From Vicinamibacteria bacterium (lineage in GTDB: Bacteria; Acidobacteriota; Vicinamibacteria; Marinacidobacterales; Marinacidobacteraceae), in assembly GCA_963555995.3 (NCBI GenBank), contig OY821641.1, positions 864,001-928,000 on the forward strand: 64,000 nucleotides of DNA, in the 5' to 3' direction. The notes beneath the pieces are model-generated. The model was not told where the DNA came from, did not search any database, and saw only the letters and a program-made list of their open reading frames with translations. This document shows, in pieces, positions 18,743-30,188 of the stretch; positions within the stretch are counted from its first letter, which is position 1, and the number at the start of each line of letters is the position of its first letter. The position numbers were made by a program, and so were the translations under genes.

Positions 18743-21454
18743 ATGCCGTCCACCGTCAGGGTCAGCGACCTCGCCAAGGAGGTCGGGATGGAGCCGGGTG
18801 AACTCCTCCGGGTCCTGCAGACCGACTTCAGTCTGAGAGTCCGGACCGTCTCGTCGTCCATCGGGGACAGCGACGCCCGGAAGGTCAGGAACCGGCTCCG
18901 CCTGCAGCAGCGGCGGGCGTCGCGCCCCGACCGCCGGCTCCAGGCCGCCGAGAACATCCGGCGCGCCGCCGAGCAGCGCCGTCTGCGGGAAGCCGCGGAA
19001 GCGAAGGCGCGCGGCGAAGCCGAGCGGAAGGCGCGGGAGGAGGCCGAGGCGAAGGCGCGGGAGGAAGCCGAAGCGAAGGCGCGCGCCGAGGAAGAGGAGG
19101 CCGCGCGGCAGGCCGCCGAAGCGGCCGCCGCCGAGCGGCGCGCGGAAGCCGAGCGCCGGGCCGCCGAGGCGGCCGCCAGGGAACCCGAAGCCGAAGCGGC
19201 CCCGGAACCCGCCGAGCCCGCCGGAGCGCCGCCAAAGGCCGCCCCCGAGGCCCGCGCGGAGGAGATCGCGGTCCGTACGACGCCGGCCGAAGCGCCGGCC
19301 CGCCCCGAGCGAATGGCGGCGGCTGCCGACAAACCGGCGGCACCGGCCGCCCCGGCGGCGCCGCGCCGCCTCGAGACCAGGAGCATCGCGTCCACCGCGG
19401 GCCCCGCCCAGTTCCGGCCCGGAGCCACCGACCGCAAGATCGTGCCGGCCGTGACCCGGCCGGTCCGCAGGGCCACCCCGCCGCGGATCCGGGCCACGCC
19501 GCCGCCGCTCAGGAGAACGCCGTCGGGGCCGCCCAAGGCCCAGCGCCCCGCTCCGGGCCGGCGGTCCAAGGGACGGCGGCGCCAGGCGCCGGCGGAGACC
19601 CCCGAGGCTCTGGAGGGCTTCGACAGCCCGCTGCCGCCGGGGTTGCGCCAGGCGGTGACCCGGGAATACCGGACCACGGCCTCGGTCACGCTGAACGACG
19701 GGATCACCGTGAAGGGTCTCGCGGAAGCCATGAGCATCCCGACCGTCGAGGTGATCAAGGCGCTGCTGCTCCAGCACGGAGTGGCGGCCTCCATCAACCA
19801 GCCGCTCGATACGGAGATCGCCACCAAGCTGGTCCTGCGCTACGGGGGGACCATCGCCGAGGCCGGGGCCGCGCCGGCCGAGACGCCCGCCGGCAAGGCG
19901 CCGGCGGCCGGCCGCGAGGAGGAAGACCGGAAGAAGGAGGATCTGGTCGAGCGGGCTCCGGTGGTCACCGTGATGGGTCACGTGGACCACGGGAAGACGA
20001 GCCTCCTCGACGCCATCCGCAGCGCCCGGGTGGTGGACAGCGAGGCGGGCGGCATCACCCAGCACATGAGCGCCTACACGGTGGAAACGAACGGCCACCG
20101 GCTCGTCTTCCTGGACACCCCGGGGCACGAGGCCTTCACCAAGATGCGGGCTCGCGGCGCCGGCGTCACCGACGTGGTGATCCTGGTGGTGGCGGCGGAT
20201 GACGGCGTCAAGGAACAGACCATCGAAGCGCTGAACCACGCTCGCGCGGCCGGAGTGCCGATCGTGGTGGCGGTGAACAAGATGGACAAGCCGGCGGCCG
20301 ATCCCGACCTCGTCATGCGTCAACTGGCGGAGCGCGAGGTGACTCCCGAGGACTGGGGCGGCGACTCCATCTTCTGCCAGGTATCCGCGAAGACCCACGA
20401 CGGGCTCCCCGAACTGCTGCAGTCCGTGCTCGACGTGGCGGAACTCGAGGAACCCACCGCGAACCCGCGGGGACCCGCCCAGGGCGTGGTCCTCGAGGCC
20501 CGGAAGGACAAGGGCCGCGGCCCGGTGGCCCAGTTCCTGGTCCAGGAGGGCACGCTGTCCATCGGCGACACGGTGAGCGCCGGCGCGGCCTGGGGCAAGG
20601 TGCGGGCGCTCCTCGACGAGTCGGGGCGGCGGATGAAGAAGGCGCTTCCGTCCACGCCCTGCGAGGTGCTCGGACTCACCGAGGTGCCGGTGGTCGGCGA
20701 CCCGTTCTCGGCCACCCGGACGCCGGCGGACGCGCGGCGCGCGGCGGAGGAGAAGAAGGAAGAAACCCGCCTGCAGTTGATCGAGGGACGCCAGCGGCTG
20801 AACCTCCAGAACCTGCACGCCCAGATGAGCGGCGGCCTGAAGGAACTCTCGATCGTGGTGAAGGCGGATGTCGGGGGAACCGTGGAGGCGGTCCGGGACG
20901 CGCTGGAACGGCTTTCGACGGACGACGTCAAGGTCCGGGTGATCCACGCCGGCGCGGGCGCGGTCTCGGAGAGCGACGTGAATCTGGCGTCGGCGACCGA
21001 GTCCATCATCGTCGCCTTCGGCGTTCGCCCGGATCCCCAGGCGCAGCGGCTGGCCGAGCAGGAGAAGGTCGAGATCCGCGGCCACACGGTCATCTACCAC
21101 CTCGTCGAGGAGATGGAGAAGGCGCTCGCGGGACTCCTGGAACCGGAGACCGAGATCGTCGAACTCGGCAAGATCGAGGTGCGGCGCACGTTCCAGGTGC
21201 CGCGAGTGGGGATCGTGGCCGGTTCCTACGTCCTCGCGGGCACGGTTCCGAGGAACTCCCGGGTGCGGCTGGTCCGCGACGGGCGGTTGGTGCACACCGG
21301 ACGCATCGGCAGCCTCCGCCGGTTCAAGGAAGACGTTTCCCAGGTCCGCGAGGGCTTCGAGTGCGGTGTCGGAATCGCCGGCTACAACGACGTGAAGATC
21401 GGCGACATCATCGAGGCGTTCCGCGAGGAGCAGGTCCGTCCGGCCGCCGACTGA
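18743..21454 (+). CDS. infB: Translation initiation factor IF-2
   Basis: [48 protein letters not shown] and GFECG. Confidence 0.98.
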   Translation: MPSTVRVSDLAKEVGMEPGELLRVLQTDFSLRVRTVSSSIGDSDARKVRNRLRLQQRRASRPDRRLQAAENIRRAAEQRRLREAAEAKARGEAERKAREEAEAKAREEAEAKARAEEEEAARQAAEAAAAERRAEAERRAAEAAAREPEAEAAPEPAEPAGAPPKAAPEARAEEIAVRTTPAEAPARPERMAAAADKPAAPAAPAAPRRLETRSIASTAGPAQFRPGATDRKIVPAVTRPVRRATPPRIRATPPPLRRTPSGPPKAQRPAPGRRSKGRRRQAPAETPEALEGFDSPLPPGLRQAVTREYRTTASVTLNDGITVKGLAEAMSIPTVEVIKALLLQHGVAASINQPLDTEIATKLVLRYGGTIAEAGAAPAETPAGKAPAAGREEEDRKKEDLVERAPVVTVMGHVDHGKTSLLDAIRSARVVDSEAGGITQHMSAYTVETNGHRLVFLDTPGHEAFTKMRARGAGVTDVVILVVAADDGVKEQTIEALNHARAAGVPIVVAVNKMDKPAADPDLVMRQLAEREVTPEDWGGDSIFCQVSAKTHDGLPELLQSVLDVAELEEPTANPRGPAQGVVLEARKDKGRGPVAQFLVQEGTLSIGDTVSAGAAWGKVRALLDESGRRMKKALPSTPCEVLGLTEVPVVGDPFSATRTPADARRAAEEKKEETRLQLIEGRQRLNLQNLHAQMSGGLKELSIVVKADVGGTVEAVRDALERLSTDDVKVRVIHAGAGAVSESDVNLASATESIIVAFGVRPDPQAQRLAEQEKVEIRGHTVIYHLVEEMEKALAGLLEPETEIVELGKIEVRRTFQVPRVGIVAGSYVLAGTVPRNSRVRLVRDGRLVHTGRIGSLRRFKEDVSQVREGFECGVGIAGYNDVKIGDIIEAFREEQVRPAAD

Positions 21455-21497
21455 ACCCGGTGCGCGGCCCGGCTCCCTGCTGGCAATAATTCATCTC

Positions 21498-21806
21498 GTG
21501 ACCGGGCCCGGCACGCGGGTGGGGCTCCTCCGCATCTCCCTGCGCCTCCCCTACGCGCGGTCGCGGAAGGATCGGCGCAGCGTGGTCCGGTCGCTGTCGG
21601 ACCGGCTGCGCGCCCGCTGCCTGGTGGCGGTCGCCGAAACCGGAGATCCGGAGATGCTCCGGGAGGCGGAGGTTTCCGTGGTCGCCGTCGGCCTCGGGGA
21701 AGCGGTGGTGAACGCCCGGCTGGAGACGGCGCGCAACATCGCCGTTCGCGCGTACCCTTCGGAGGTGGCGGACACCGCGATCGAGTGGCTGGCCGTCCAG
21801 GAGTAG
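21498..21806 (+). CDS. DUF503 (YlxP-like) protein
   Basis: VGLLRISLRLP..RSRKDRRSVVRSL..RLR...VAVAE pattern in the conserved position between infB and rbfA. Confidence 0.85.
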   Translation: MTGPGTRVGLLRISLRLPYARSRKDRRSVVRSLSDRLRARCLVAVAETGDPEMLREAEVSVVAVGLGEAVVNARLETARNIAVRAYPSEVADTAIEWLAVQE

Positions 21807-21822
21807 GAGTGGCTGCTAGCCG

Positions 21823-22248
21823 ATGAGAACCGGGGGAAGGCGCGAACGGGTCGCCGAGGCGATCCGGCGGGAGGTGGCGGGCATCCTGCGGTTCGAACTG
21901 GCGGACCCCCGGGTCGGGCGCGCGACGGTGACCCGCGTCGAGCTGACGGGCGACCTCACCGTGGCCCGGGTCTACGTTTCGGTCTACGGCAGCGAAGCCG
22001 ACCGGAAGGAGACGCTCGCCGTCCTCGGTCGGGCGCGGGGCCGGGTGCGGACGCTGCTGGGGTCCAGGGTCCGGCTGCGCGCGACCCCGGAGGTCCGGTT
22101 CGTGTTCGACCCGTCGGTCGAGTTCTCGATCCGGCTGGAGCAGATCCTCGACCGGGAGCGCGCCGCCCGCCCCCGGACGGCGGGGGACGAGTCCCGGGAG
22201 GGAGGCGAGCGGGGCGAGCCCGCCGGCCCCGGCGAGGAGACGAACTGA
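21823..22248 (+). CDS. rbfA: Ribosome-binding factor A
   Basis: RVAEAIRRE, DPRV, TVTRVELTGDL..ARVYVS and LRATPEVRFVFD. Confidence 0.95.
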   Translation: MRTGGRRERVAEAIRREVAGILRFELADPRVGRATVTRVELTGDLTVARVYVSVYGSEADRKETLAVLGRARGRVRTLLGSRVRLRATPEVRFVFDPSVEFSIRLEQILDRERAARPRTAGDESREGGERGEPAGPGEETN

Positions 22249-23195
22249 TCTCCGGCCTCCTCCTCGTGGACAAGGACGAGGGACTCACCTCCTTCGCGGT
22301 CGTGCGGCGCATCCGGGCGACCCTCGGCGGCGTCCGGGCCGGTCATGCCGGTTCCCTCGATCCCTTCGCGACCGGACTGCTGCCCGTCTGCGTGGGCCGG
22401 GCGACCCGGCTGGTCCGGTTCGTGGCCGCGGGCGCCAAGCGGTATCGCGCCCGGGTGCGTTTCGGGCAGGCCACCGATACCGACGACGCGACCGGGCAGC
22501 CGCTGGGCGCTCCCGCCGCCTGCCCGGAATCGTCCGCGATCGGGCGGGTGCTCCCGGAGTTCCTCGGCGCGATCGACCAGGTCCCGCCGCGCTACTCGGC
22601 GAAACAGGTTGGGGGCCGCCGGGCATACCGTCTGGCGCGCGCGGGCCGTCCCCTGCGGCTGGCCCCGAGCCGGGTCCGGGTGGATGAACTGGATCTGCTC
22701 GGCTACGACGGGAGGGTGGCGGAGTTCGCCTGCCAGGTGGGGCCGGGCACGTACATCCGCGCGCTCGCCCGGGACCTCGGCGAACGTCTCGGCGGCGCGG
22801 CGCACCTCGCCGCGCTGCGGCGCACCGGCGTGGGGCCGTTCGAAGTGTCGGCCGCGGCCCGGCTCGACGAGCTGCCGGACCGGGACGCCATCACCGCGCG
22901 TCTCCTCGACCCGCTCTCGGCCCTCACGGGGATGCCGCGACTGCCCGTATCGGAGGCGGAGTCCCGGCTCCTGGGGCACGGCCGGCGGCTCCCGTACCGC
23001 GCGCCCGCCGAGGGCGCCGGCCGGCCCGCGGGCCCGCCATCCGAAGGCGAGGTCCGTTGCGCGGTGGCGTCCCCCGACCCGCCCTCGGGTTCGGCCGGCG
23101 CGGGCGGCCCGGCGCTGATTGCCGTGGTCTCGGCCGCGCCGGACGGCTGGTGCCCGTTGGTGGTCTGGAACCCGAGCGGGAGCGACCGCGCATGA
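22245..23195 (+). CDS. truB: tRNA pseudouridine(55) synthase (probable CTG start at 22245; first GTG at 22266)
   Basis: [43 protein letters not shown] and [10 protein letters not shown]. Confidence 0.93.
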   Translation: MISGLLLVDKDEGLTSFAVVRRIRATLGGVRAGHAGSLDPFATGLLPVCVGRATRLVRFVAAGAKRYRARVRFGQATDTDDATGQPLGAPAACPESSAIGRVLPEFLGAIDQVPPRYSAKQVGGRRAYRLARAGRPLRLAPSRVRVDELDLLGYDGRVAEFACQVGPGTYIRALARDLGERLGGAAHLAALRRTGVGPFEVSAAARLDELPDRDAITARLLDPLSALTGMPRLPVSEAESRLLGHGRRLPYRAPAEGAGRPAGPPSEGEVRCAVASPDPPSGSAGAGGPALIAVVSAAPDGWCPLVVWNPSGSDRA

Positions 23196-23199
23196 GCCT

Positions 23200-23370
23200 T
23201 GGCACGCCGGTCTCCAGACCGGCGCGCGCCGCGCTCCGCACTGCGCACGTCGCGACCTGCCCACGCCTGGAACGCCGGTCTCCAGACCGGCACGCGCGGC
23301 GCTCCGCGCTGCGCACGTCGCAACCCACCCACGCCTGGAACCCCGATCCCCAGACCGGCACGCGGCATGT
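23200..23370 (+). repeat. Three tandem REP-like hairpin units (GCCGGTCTCCAGACCGGC type)
   Basis: Palindrome at ~23206 and ~23274, with a degenerate third copy at ~23340; period about 68-70 bp. Confidence 0.75.
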
Positions 23371-23548
23371 CCTTGCCGGTGTGGTAAGGTGCGCCGCGAA
23401 CGACAAGCCGACCGGGGGATTGCGATCACGAAGACCGAGCGTCTTGGCCGGCGGGCAGCGAGCCCGGCAGACCGAACCATTCATCAGGCGGCATAGCGAA
23501 CACACAAGTAGCGCCGGCCCGGCTGGCGGCAAACAGGGAAACAGGGAA

Positions 23549-23818
23549 TTGGCACTCACACCGACATCACGGCGCGCCATCGTCGAGAAGTACCGGCGGC
23601 ACGAAACGGACGCCGGTTCACCGGAGGTCCAGGTCGCGCTCCTGACGGCGCGGATCACCGGACTGGCGGACCACTTCGGCGATCATCGGAAGGACCACGC
23701 CTCGCGGCGGGGCCTGCTCCGCATGGTCAGCCGGCGCCGGCGCCTCCTGGACTATCTGCGGCGGGAAGACGTGGAGCGGTATCGAACCCTGATCACTTCC
23801 CTCGGCCTCAGAAAGTAG
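23549..23818 (+). CDS. rpsO: 30S ribosomal protein S15
   Basis: TTG start; [33 protein letters not shown] and LGLRK. Confidence 0.96.
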   Translation: MALTPTSRRAIVEKYRRHETDAGSPEVQVALLTARITGLADHFGDHRKDHASRRGLLRMVSRRRRLLDYLRREDVERYRTLITSLGLRK

Positions 23819-23911
23819 TCCGGCGCGCATCCACTTGCCGGCAGGCCGCCCAGGCCAACGAACGCCGCGGACCCGAAGCGGACTCCCGGCACCAGAGAAG
23901 GAAGAAAGAAC

Positions 23912-26080
23912 TTGATTGAAACGGTACAGACCCGGATCGGCAGCAACGATCTGATCATCGAGACCGGGCGGATCGCCCGGCAGGCCGCGGGAGCGGTGAC
24001 CGTCCGCCTCGGCGACACGGTCGTCCTCGCCGCGGTGACGGCGTCCCGCAGCGATCGGCCGGACGTTGATTTCCTGCCGCTGGCGGTGGACTATCGGGAG
24101 AGCTTCTACGCGGCGGGCCGGATCCCGGGCGGTTTCTTCAAGCGCGAAGGCCGGCCCAACGAGAAGGAGATCCTCACCTGCCGCCTGATTGACCGTCCGC
24201 TGCGGCCGCTGTTCCCGAGCGGCTGGCGCCGCGAGACACAGGTCACCTGTCTGCTGGTGTCCACGGACCGCGAAAACGATTCCGACGTCCTGGCGATTAC
24301 CGGAGCGGCGGCGGCGCTCGGGATTTCCGACCTCCCCTTCGACACCTCCATCGGTGCGGTGCGGGTCGGTCTCGTGGACGACGAGTTCGTCCTCTGTCCG
24401 ACGTTCTCCGACCTGGATCGCTCGGCGCTGAATCTCGTCGTGGCCGGTTCCGACGACGCCATCGTGATGGTCGAGGCGGGCGCCGAAGACGTGCCCGAGT
24501 CCCGGATGGTGGAAGCGCTCAGCTTCGCCCACGAGGGAATCCGCCGCATCGTCGGCATCCAGCAGGAACTCGTGAGCCGGCTGCAGCCGAAGAAGCAGGT
24601 GGTGGTGGCGAAGGATCCGGACCCGGCCCTGGCCACCGAGATCGCGGACGGATTCCGCGAACGGCTGAAGGACGCCTTGCAGACCCCGGGCAAGCTCGCG
24701 GCCTCCCGCGCCGTGGACGAGGTCAAGACGGCCATCGCCGCCAGCCTCGAAGATCGGAGCGACGAAGAGCGTTCCGCCGCCTCCGGCATCGTCAAGGCGA
24801 TGGAGGAGGACATCCTCCGCTGCACGATCCTCGAGGACGGAAAGCGTCTGGACGGGAGGGCCTTCGACGAGATCCGCTCGTTGTCCTGCGATGTCGGCTT
24901 TCTCCCCCGGACGCACGGTTCCGCCGTTTTCACCCGCGGGGAGACGCAGGCGCTCGTGGTCACCACCCTGGCGCCCCTCAGCGAGAGCCAGCGCCTCGAC
25001 TGGGTGCACGGTTCCGGGGAGAAGCGCTTCCTCCTGCACTACAACTTCCCGGCCTTCTCCGTGGGAGAAGCCCGGATGATGCGCGGTCCGGGCCGGCGCG
25101 AAATCGGGCACGGGGCCCTCGCCGAGCGCGCCCTGCTGCCCGCGATCCCCGGCGAGGAGCAGTTCAACTACGCCATCCGGGTGGTCTCCGACACCCTCGA
25201 GTCCAACGGATCGAGCTCCATGGCGGCGGTGACCGGAGGTTGCCTGTCGCTCATGGACGCCGGCGTGCCGCTCAAGGCGCCCATCGCCGGCATCGCGATG
25301 GGCCTCATCACCCGCGGCGACGAGTACCGGGTGCTGACCGACATCGCGGGGGCCGAAGACCACTACGGAGACATGGACTTCAAGGTCGCGGGCACCGCGA
25401 ACGGGATCACCGCGCTGCAGATGGACATCAAGATCTCCGGGCTGCGGCTCGACATCGTCACCGACGCCCTCGAGCAGGCGCGGCGGGCGCGCATCGAGAT
25501 CCTGAAGGCCATGGCGGCCGCGATCCCCGCTCCCCGGAGCGAAACCTCCCAGTACGCGCCGGCGATCCTCACCATGAAGATCCCGGTGCGGAAGATCCGG
25601 GAGGTCATCGGACCGGGCGGCAAGACGATTCGGGGGATCACCGACGAGACCGGAGCGCGGGTGGACGTCTCGGACGACGGGACCATCCACATCGCCGGGC
25701 TCGACGCCAAGTCCACGGCGCGGGCGAAGGAGCGGATCGAGTCCATCGCGGTGAGCCAGCTCCCCGAGGTCGGCCGCGACTACCACGGGGTCGTGAAGAC
25801 GATCGTGGACTTCGGCGCCTTCGTGGAGATCCTTCCGGGAACCGACGGACTGCTCCACATCTCGGAGATCGCGGACCGCCACGTGAACAGCGTGCGGGAC
25901 GAGCTCCAGGAGGGTGACGAGGTCGAGGTCCGGGTCATCGAGGTGGACGGCAACGGCCGGACGCGCCTCTCCTGCAAGGACATCATCCGCGAGCGGGCGG
26001 GCCTGCCGCCGCTGCCGCCCCGGCCGCCGAGGCGGCGCGGCGGCCGCGACCGCGGCGACCGCGGCGACCGCCGGCGGTAG
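23912..26080 (+). CDS. pnp: Polyribonucleotide nucleotidyltransferase
   Basis: IETG.IARQA, GRIPGGFFKREGRP, RTHGSAVFTRGETQ, RREIGHG, SNGSSSMA and DMDFKVAGT, plus KH and S1 domains. Confidence 0.98.
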   Translation: MIETVQTRIGSNDLIIETGRIARQAAGAVTVRLGDTVVLAAVTASRSDRPDVDFLPLAVDYRESFYAAGRIPGGFFKREGRPNEKEILTCRLIDRPLRPLFPSGWRRETQVTCLLVSTDRENDSDVLAITGAAAALGISDLPFDTSIGAVRVGLVDDEFVLCPTFSDLDRSALNLVVAGSDDAIVMVEAGAEDVPESRMVEALSFAHEGIRRIVGIQQELVSRLQPKKQVVVAKDPDPALATEIADGFRERLKDALQTPGKLAASRAVDEVKTAIAASLEDRSDEERSAASGIVKAMEEDILRCTILEDGKRLDGRAFDEIRSLSCDVGFLPRTHGSAVFTRGETQALVVTTLAPLSESQRLDWVHGSGEKRFLLHYNFPAFSVGEARMMRGPGRREIGHGALAERALLPAIPGEEQFNYAIRVVSDTLESNGSSSMAAVTGGCLSLMDAGVPLKAPIAGIAMGLITRGDEYRVLTDIAGAEDHYGDMDFKVAGTANGITALQMDIKISGLRLDIVTDALEQARRARIEILKAMAAAIPAPRSETSQYAPAILTMKIPVRKIREVIGPGGKTIRGITDETGARVDVSDDGTIHIAGLDAKSTARAKERIESIAVSQLPEVGRDYHGVVKTIVDFGAFVEILPGTDGLLHISEIADRHVNSVRDELQEGDEVEVRVIEVDGNGRTRLSCKDIIRERAGLPPLPPRPPRRRGGRDRGDRGDRRR

Positions 26081-26088
26081 AACGGTCT

Positions 26089-26259
26089 GGGAGCGCCGGT
26101 CTTCAGACCGGCATCGTCCCCCGCAGGGGGACGAAACTCCCGTGGCTGTTTCGCCGCCCGGCGCACCGCTTCACGGTATGGCGGTACACCATTCCCCGGA
26201 CTGACCACGGGAGTTTCGCCCGCTCCGCGGGCGATGCCGCTCTGGAGAGCGGCGCTCCC
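26089..26259. repeat. REPIN-like element (inverted REP pair with internal inverted repeats)
   Basis: GGGAGCGCCGGTCTTCAGACCGGC ... GCCGCTCTGGAGAGCGGCGCTCCC, with internal GAAACTCCCGTGG/CCACGGGAGTTTC. Confidence 0.75.
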
Positions 26260-26333
26260 GGAGTCTCGCGGCCTGCCTTCCGCCGCGCCAAATCACCGGT
26301 CCCCTCCGCCCGCTTCCTCCGTAGAATTCCCGG

Positions 26334-27239
26334 ATGGCCGAAGCAGTTCTCACGACCGCCCTGGAGGGCGTCGCCCTCCGTTCCCGCGGCAAGGTCCGCG
26401 ACATCTACGCCGTCGGCGATCACCTCCTGCTGGTGACCACCGACCGGGTCTCGGCCTTCGACGTCGTGCTCCCCGAGGGGATTCCCGAGAAGGGCCGGGT
26501 GCTGAACAGCCTGAGCGCCTGGTGGCTGCGGCGCACCGAGCACATCGTCCCCAACCACCTCGTCACCGACGACGTGGATGAGTACCCCGAGGTGCTGGCG
26601 CCGGCGAAGGGAATGCTGGACGGCCGTTCCATGCTGGTGCGCCGCCTGAACCCGATCCCCTTCGAGTGCGTGATGCGCGGGTTCCTCTACGGTTCCGGCT
26701 GGAAGGAGTACGGGAGGGAGGGCAGCGTGTGCGGCATCTCCCTGCCGGGCGGGATGCAGCTCGCCGAGCGTTTCCCCGAGCCCCTCTTCACGCCGGCCAC
26801 CAAGGCCGAGGACGGCCACGACGAGAACGTGAGCGAGGACTTCATGGCGAACGCGCTGGGTCGGGAGCTGACCACCCGCCTCCACGCGATCTCCCGGGAG
26901 ATCTACGCGAGCGGGGTGGCGTGGGCCGCCGAGCGGGGCATCATCATCGCGGACACCAAGTTCGAGTTCGGACACGACGACGACGGGAAGCTGTACGTCA
27001 TTGACGAGGTGCTGACCCCGGACTCCTCGCGCTTCTGGCCCGCCGACGAATACGCTCCCGGGAAGCTCCAGTCCAGCTTCGACAAGCAGTACGTCCGCGA
27101 CTACCTGGAGACGGTGGACTGGAACAAGGAGCCGCCGGCGCCGCACCTGCCCGGCGAGATCGTCCGGGGGACGACCGAGCGGTTCCTGAGCGCCTATCGC
27201 CAGATCACCGGTTCCTCCCTGCCGGCGCCGCGCTACTGA
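26334..27239 (+). CDS. purC: SAICAR synthetase
   Basis: GKVRDIY, TDRVSAFD, FTPATKA, IIADTKFEFG, DEVLTPDSSRFW and SFDKQYVRD. Confidence 0.97.
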   Translation: MAEAVLTTALEGVALRSRGKVRDIYAVGDHLLLVTTDRVSAFDVVLPEGIPEKGRVLNSLSAWWLRRTEHIVPNHLVTDDVDEYPEVLAPAKGMLDGRSMLVRRLNPIPFECVMRGFLYGSGWKEYGREGSVCGISLPGGMQLAERFPEPLFTPATKAEDGHDENVSEDFMANALGRELTTRLHAISREIYASGVAWAAERGIIIADTKFEFGHDDDGKLYVIDEVLTPDSSRFWPADEYAPGKLQSSFDKQYVRDYLETVDWNKEPPAPHLPGEIVRGTTERFLSAYRQITGSSLPAPRY

Positions 27240-27273
27240 CCCGCCGCCCGGGGACCCTCCGGCCGCTTCCGGG

Positions 27274-28188
27274 TCAGTCCCGGCCGGCGAGCCGCACCCG
27301 GACGGAGCCGTCGCCGGTCCGCAGGTGGATGCGGGGTCCCGACCCGCCGCCCAGCGTGGCGAGCGCCAGCGGCCCCTCCCGCCGCCAGTCGGCAACGTCG
27401 CGGCCGTCGTCCGCATCCGGCCTTCCCACCGCCGTCAACGCGGCGTCGGCGGTTCGGGGCAGGATGAGCCGCACCGAGCCGCTGACCGTCCGCAGGAACC
27501 ACTCGCCGGCCGGCGCGGGACCACCCCCGCGGACGTTGATCTCGATCCGTCCGTCGCCCGTCACCGCGGTGACCTGCCGCAGCCGTCCCTCGAGCTCGAT
27601 GCGTCCGTCGCCGCTCTCGGCCCGGACGCTCCCCTCGAGGTCCTTCCCCTCGATCCTGCCGTCGGCGGTGCGCAGCCGGATCGGGTCCTCCGCCGGCCCC
27701 GCCGGCGACCGGAGGCCGTCCGCGACGATGCGGCCGGAGGCGGAGGTGGCCCGGACGGGGCCGGTGAGGCCCTCCAGGGCGATCCTCCCCGACCCGGTCC
27801 GGACATCCACCGCCGTGCCCGGCGGGACCGCGATGCGCAAGCGGAGGGCGAGCTCCTCCCACGGCCGGAAGACGCCGGCGGTGGCGTCGCGGCCGGTGAT
27901 GGTCAGCGCGCCCGTATCCGGGTCGCGCTCGAAATCAACGACGAGGGCTTCGAGCGCCGCCCGCGCGGCCTCCCGCGTAGGCGCCTCGGCGGTGCGCCGG
28001 ACCTCGACCTCGAACTCGGCGCCGAGGTGTTCCCGGACGCTCAGCGAACCCCGGTCCAGGCGGACCGCGAGCTCGGACGCCCCGGGACGGCGGACCGTCT
28101 CCACGGCCGTCTGGTCCACGCCGGGAAGACAGCCCCACGCGAAAACGCCTGCCCCGAAGGCGAGGAGCCGGGCAGCGGAACGCCTCAC
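27274..28188 (-). CDS. DUF4097 beta-strand repeat protein, possible lipoprotein
   Basis: Repeated T.SG.I motifs (RTGSGRI, TSASGRI, RTADGRI, ESGDGRI, VTGDGRI); signal peptide ending FAWGC. Start at GTG 28188. Confidence 0.75.
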   Translation of the reverse strand: MRRSAARLLAFGAGVFAWGCLPGVDQTAVETVRRPGASELAVRLDRGSLSVREHLGAEFEVEVRRTAEAPTREAARAALEALVVDFERDPDTGALTITGRDATAGVFRPWEELALRLRIAVPPGTAVDVRTGSGRIALEGLTGPVRATSASGRIVADGLRSPAGPAEDPIRLRTADGRIEGKDLEGSVRAESGDGRIELEGRLRQVTAVTGDGRIEINVRGGGPAPAGEWFLRTVSGSVRLILPRTADAALTAVGRPDADDGRDVADWRREGPLALATLGGGSGPRIHLRTGDGSVRVRLAGRD

Positions 28189-29903
28189 CGGTCTTCCCCC
28201 GCGGGCGGAACCGTCCGGACCGTGATGTCCCCGGCCCCGGTCGCAATCGTCACGCGCTCGGCGCCGGACCCGGCGCGGCCTTCCCACCGCGGCCTCCCGT
28301 CTGTCGCGCGCCGCTCCAGGGGGAACTCGCTGTCCACCTCCCCGCCATCCGTCGCGGCGGAAAGCGCGAACGATCCCGCGGACGGAAGCGCCAGCCGGAC
28401 GTCCCCGCGTCCGGTAACCAGCGCGACGTGTCCGCCCAGCGCGTCCGTGGCCACGTCCACCTCCGCGTCTCCGCTCGTTACCGACAGGGTGTCCCCGAAC
28501 CCGCGGACGGTGATGGCGCCGGCGTCCCCCGTGAACGCGGCCGGTCCCGAGAGCCGCGAGGCCCGTACTTCGCCGCGGCCGCTGGCCGCGGTCAGTCGCC
28601 CGGCGATGTCATCGAGAACCAGGAGACCGCCGGCTGCCTGAATCGCCACCCCGGAGCGGGCCCCCCGCACCTCCAGCTCGGCGGAGTCGGTCCGGATCTC
28701 GAGGGGACCTTCGATGGACATGGCCACCACGTCGCCGAACTCGGAGCCGAGCACCGCGGAGCCGCCGATCCGTTCGAGGCGGATGGGCGCGATCCGGGTC
28801 TCGATCCCGAGCGGGCCGAACGAATCCTCGACCGCCACGGGCGCGTTCCGGCCGCGCACCGTGACCGAAGACTCCGCTCCCGAGATCCACACCGGAGCGC
28901 CCTCCGCGTCCACCGTCGCGGCCCCGGCGACCCCATCCACCTCGACGGGCGCGCGCCGCGCCGAGATCTCGAGGGCGCCTTCGATCCCCGAGGCCCACGC
29001 CGCCCCGTTGCGCACCGTGAGCGAGACCGGGCCGGCCGTACCCCGGACCTCCACGGGGCCGCTTTCGGTCCGGGCTTCCACCCCCGCGAACGGGCCGGCG
29101 ATGCGCACCGATCCTTCCTCGGTGACGGCGGAGATCCGGACACCCGGAGGAAAGGTTGCGAGCAGTTCGAGCGCGACTTCGGACGTCCCCGCATCTTCGA
29201 CCCGGACGGGAAACTGCCGGGTCCCCGGGTCGGGAGGGCCGGTGCGGAGCCGTACCGCATCCGCCCGCGCGGCGGCCTCGTCGCCGTCCGCCGCCCAGAC
29301 GCGCTTCACGAGCCGCAGCCGGCCCTCGACGCCCGCCGCGGGCGGAACGTCCTCGCTGTCGGTCTCCGGATCGGCGGCCGCGGCGGCCGCGGGTGCGGCG
29401 GCGGCCGCTTCCACCCGGATGTTGCCGGCGGGCAGCGAAATCAGGACCTCCACCTCTCCCCCGGCCAGGGAGGACGTTGGGAGGGAAACGGACTCCTCCG
29501 TCACGAAGGCATGCACGGGGGACGACCCCGATTGCTGTTCGATCAGACGGCGCACTTCCGTCACGCGGGGCTCCAGTCCCTGGCTCTCGACGGCGCGCTG
29601 GGCCAGCGTGACGACGGTGCCGCCGAGGATGAGGAGCAGCAGCAGGAAGACCTCCCCGAACCCGAGGCCGGCCCGCCCCGTCCGCAGCCGGGTGACGACC
29701 TTCCCGGCGCCCCACGCCACCAGCAGGAGCGGCCACCAGACCGCCGCCAGCGGCAGCGCGTCGAGGAGAACGAGCGCCAGGGGCGTGTCCGTCAGGTTGA
29801 CCCAGAGGAACAGGCCTCCCGCAACGATCAACCCGATCCCGAAGGCGGCGCCGCATCCGCCCCCGGAACGCGGCGGGGTTGCCGCCGCTCCCGAGTCCGT
29901 CAT
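28185..29903 (-). CDS. Membrane-anchored DUF4097 protein with N-terminal LiaF/DUF5668-like TM region
   Basis: N-terminal GLIVAGGLFL...WWPLLLVAWG TM hairpins, then many T..G.V beta repeats. Confidence 0.75.
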   Translation of the reverse strand: MTDSGAAATPPRSGGGCGAAFGIGLIVAGGLFLWVNLTDTPLALVLLDALPLAAVWWPLLLVAWGAGKVVTRLRTGRAGLGFGEVFLLLLLILGGTVVTLAQRAVESQGLEPRVTEVRRLIEQQSGSSPVHAFVTEESVSLPTSSLAGGEVEVLISLPAGNIRVEAAAAAPAAAAAADPETDSEDVPPAAGVEGRLRLVKRVWAADGDEAAARADAVRLRTGPPDPGTRQFPVRVEDAGTSEVALELLATFPPGVRISAVTEEGSVRIAGPFAGVEARTESGPVEVRGTAGPVSLTVRNGAAWASGIEGALEISARRAPVEVDGVAGAATVDAEGAPVWISGAESSVTVRGRNAPVAVEDSFGPLGIETRIAPIRLERIGGSAVLGSEFGDVVAMSIEGPLEIRTDSAELEVRGARSGVAIQAAGGLLVLDDIAGRLTAASGRGEVRASRLSGPAAFTGDAGAITVRGFGDTLSVTSGDAEVDVATDALGGHVALVTGRGDVRLALPSAGSFALSAATDGGEVDSEFPLERRATDGRPRWEGRAGSGAERVTIATGAGDITVRTVPPAGEDR

Positions 29904-30100
29904 GGAGGGGGCGGCGCGCCGGACGCGGGTCCGGAACCGGAGCCGCGGTCCCGGAGCACCAGCCGCACGCCGACCGCGATCAGGATGAGCGGCCAGAAAC
30001 GAACGAGATCGCCCAGATCAACGAGGTCGAGGTTGGACAGCAGGAAGACGATCCCGATGACGATCAGGATCGGTCCCGACCAGTTGTCCTTGCGAGCCAT
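29900..30100 (-). CDS. Small LiaI/LiaF-like (DUF5668) membrane protein
   Basis: ILIVIGIVFLLSNL...FWPLILIAVG; SD sequence GAGGAGG upstream. Confidence 0.8.
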   Translation of the reverse strand: MARKDNWSGPILIVIGIVFLLSNLDLVDLGDLVRFWPLILIAVGVRLVLRDRGSGSGPASGAPPPP

Positions 30101-30188
30101 GGCTAGTGTGCCTCCTCGTCCCCCGCGGGTTTGCCGTGAAGATGGGGTTTCGGCGAAATGTCAACAAGCGCATGTTGCGCCGCCGGCC

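Noticed and set aside
18960-19200. EAEAKAR repeats in infB
   Set aside because: Ordinary low-complexity N-terminal region of IF-2.
23380-23548. S15 autoregulatory leader upstream of rpsO
   Set aside because: Plausible by position (TAAGGT -10 box and ~150 nt of leader), but it could not be matched to a known S15 leader family by eye.
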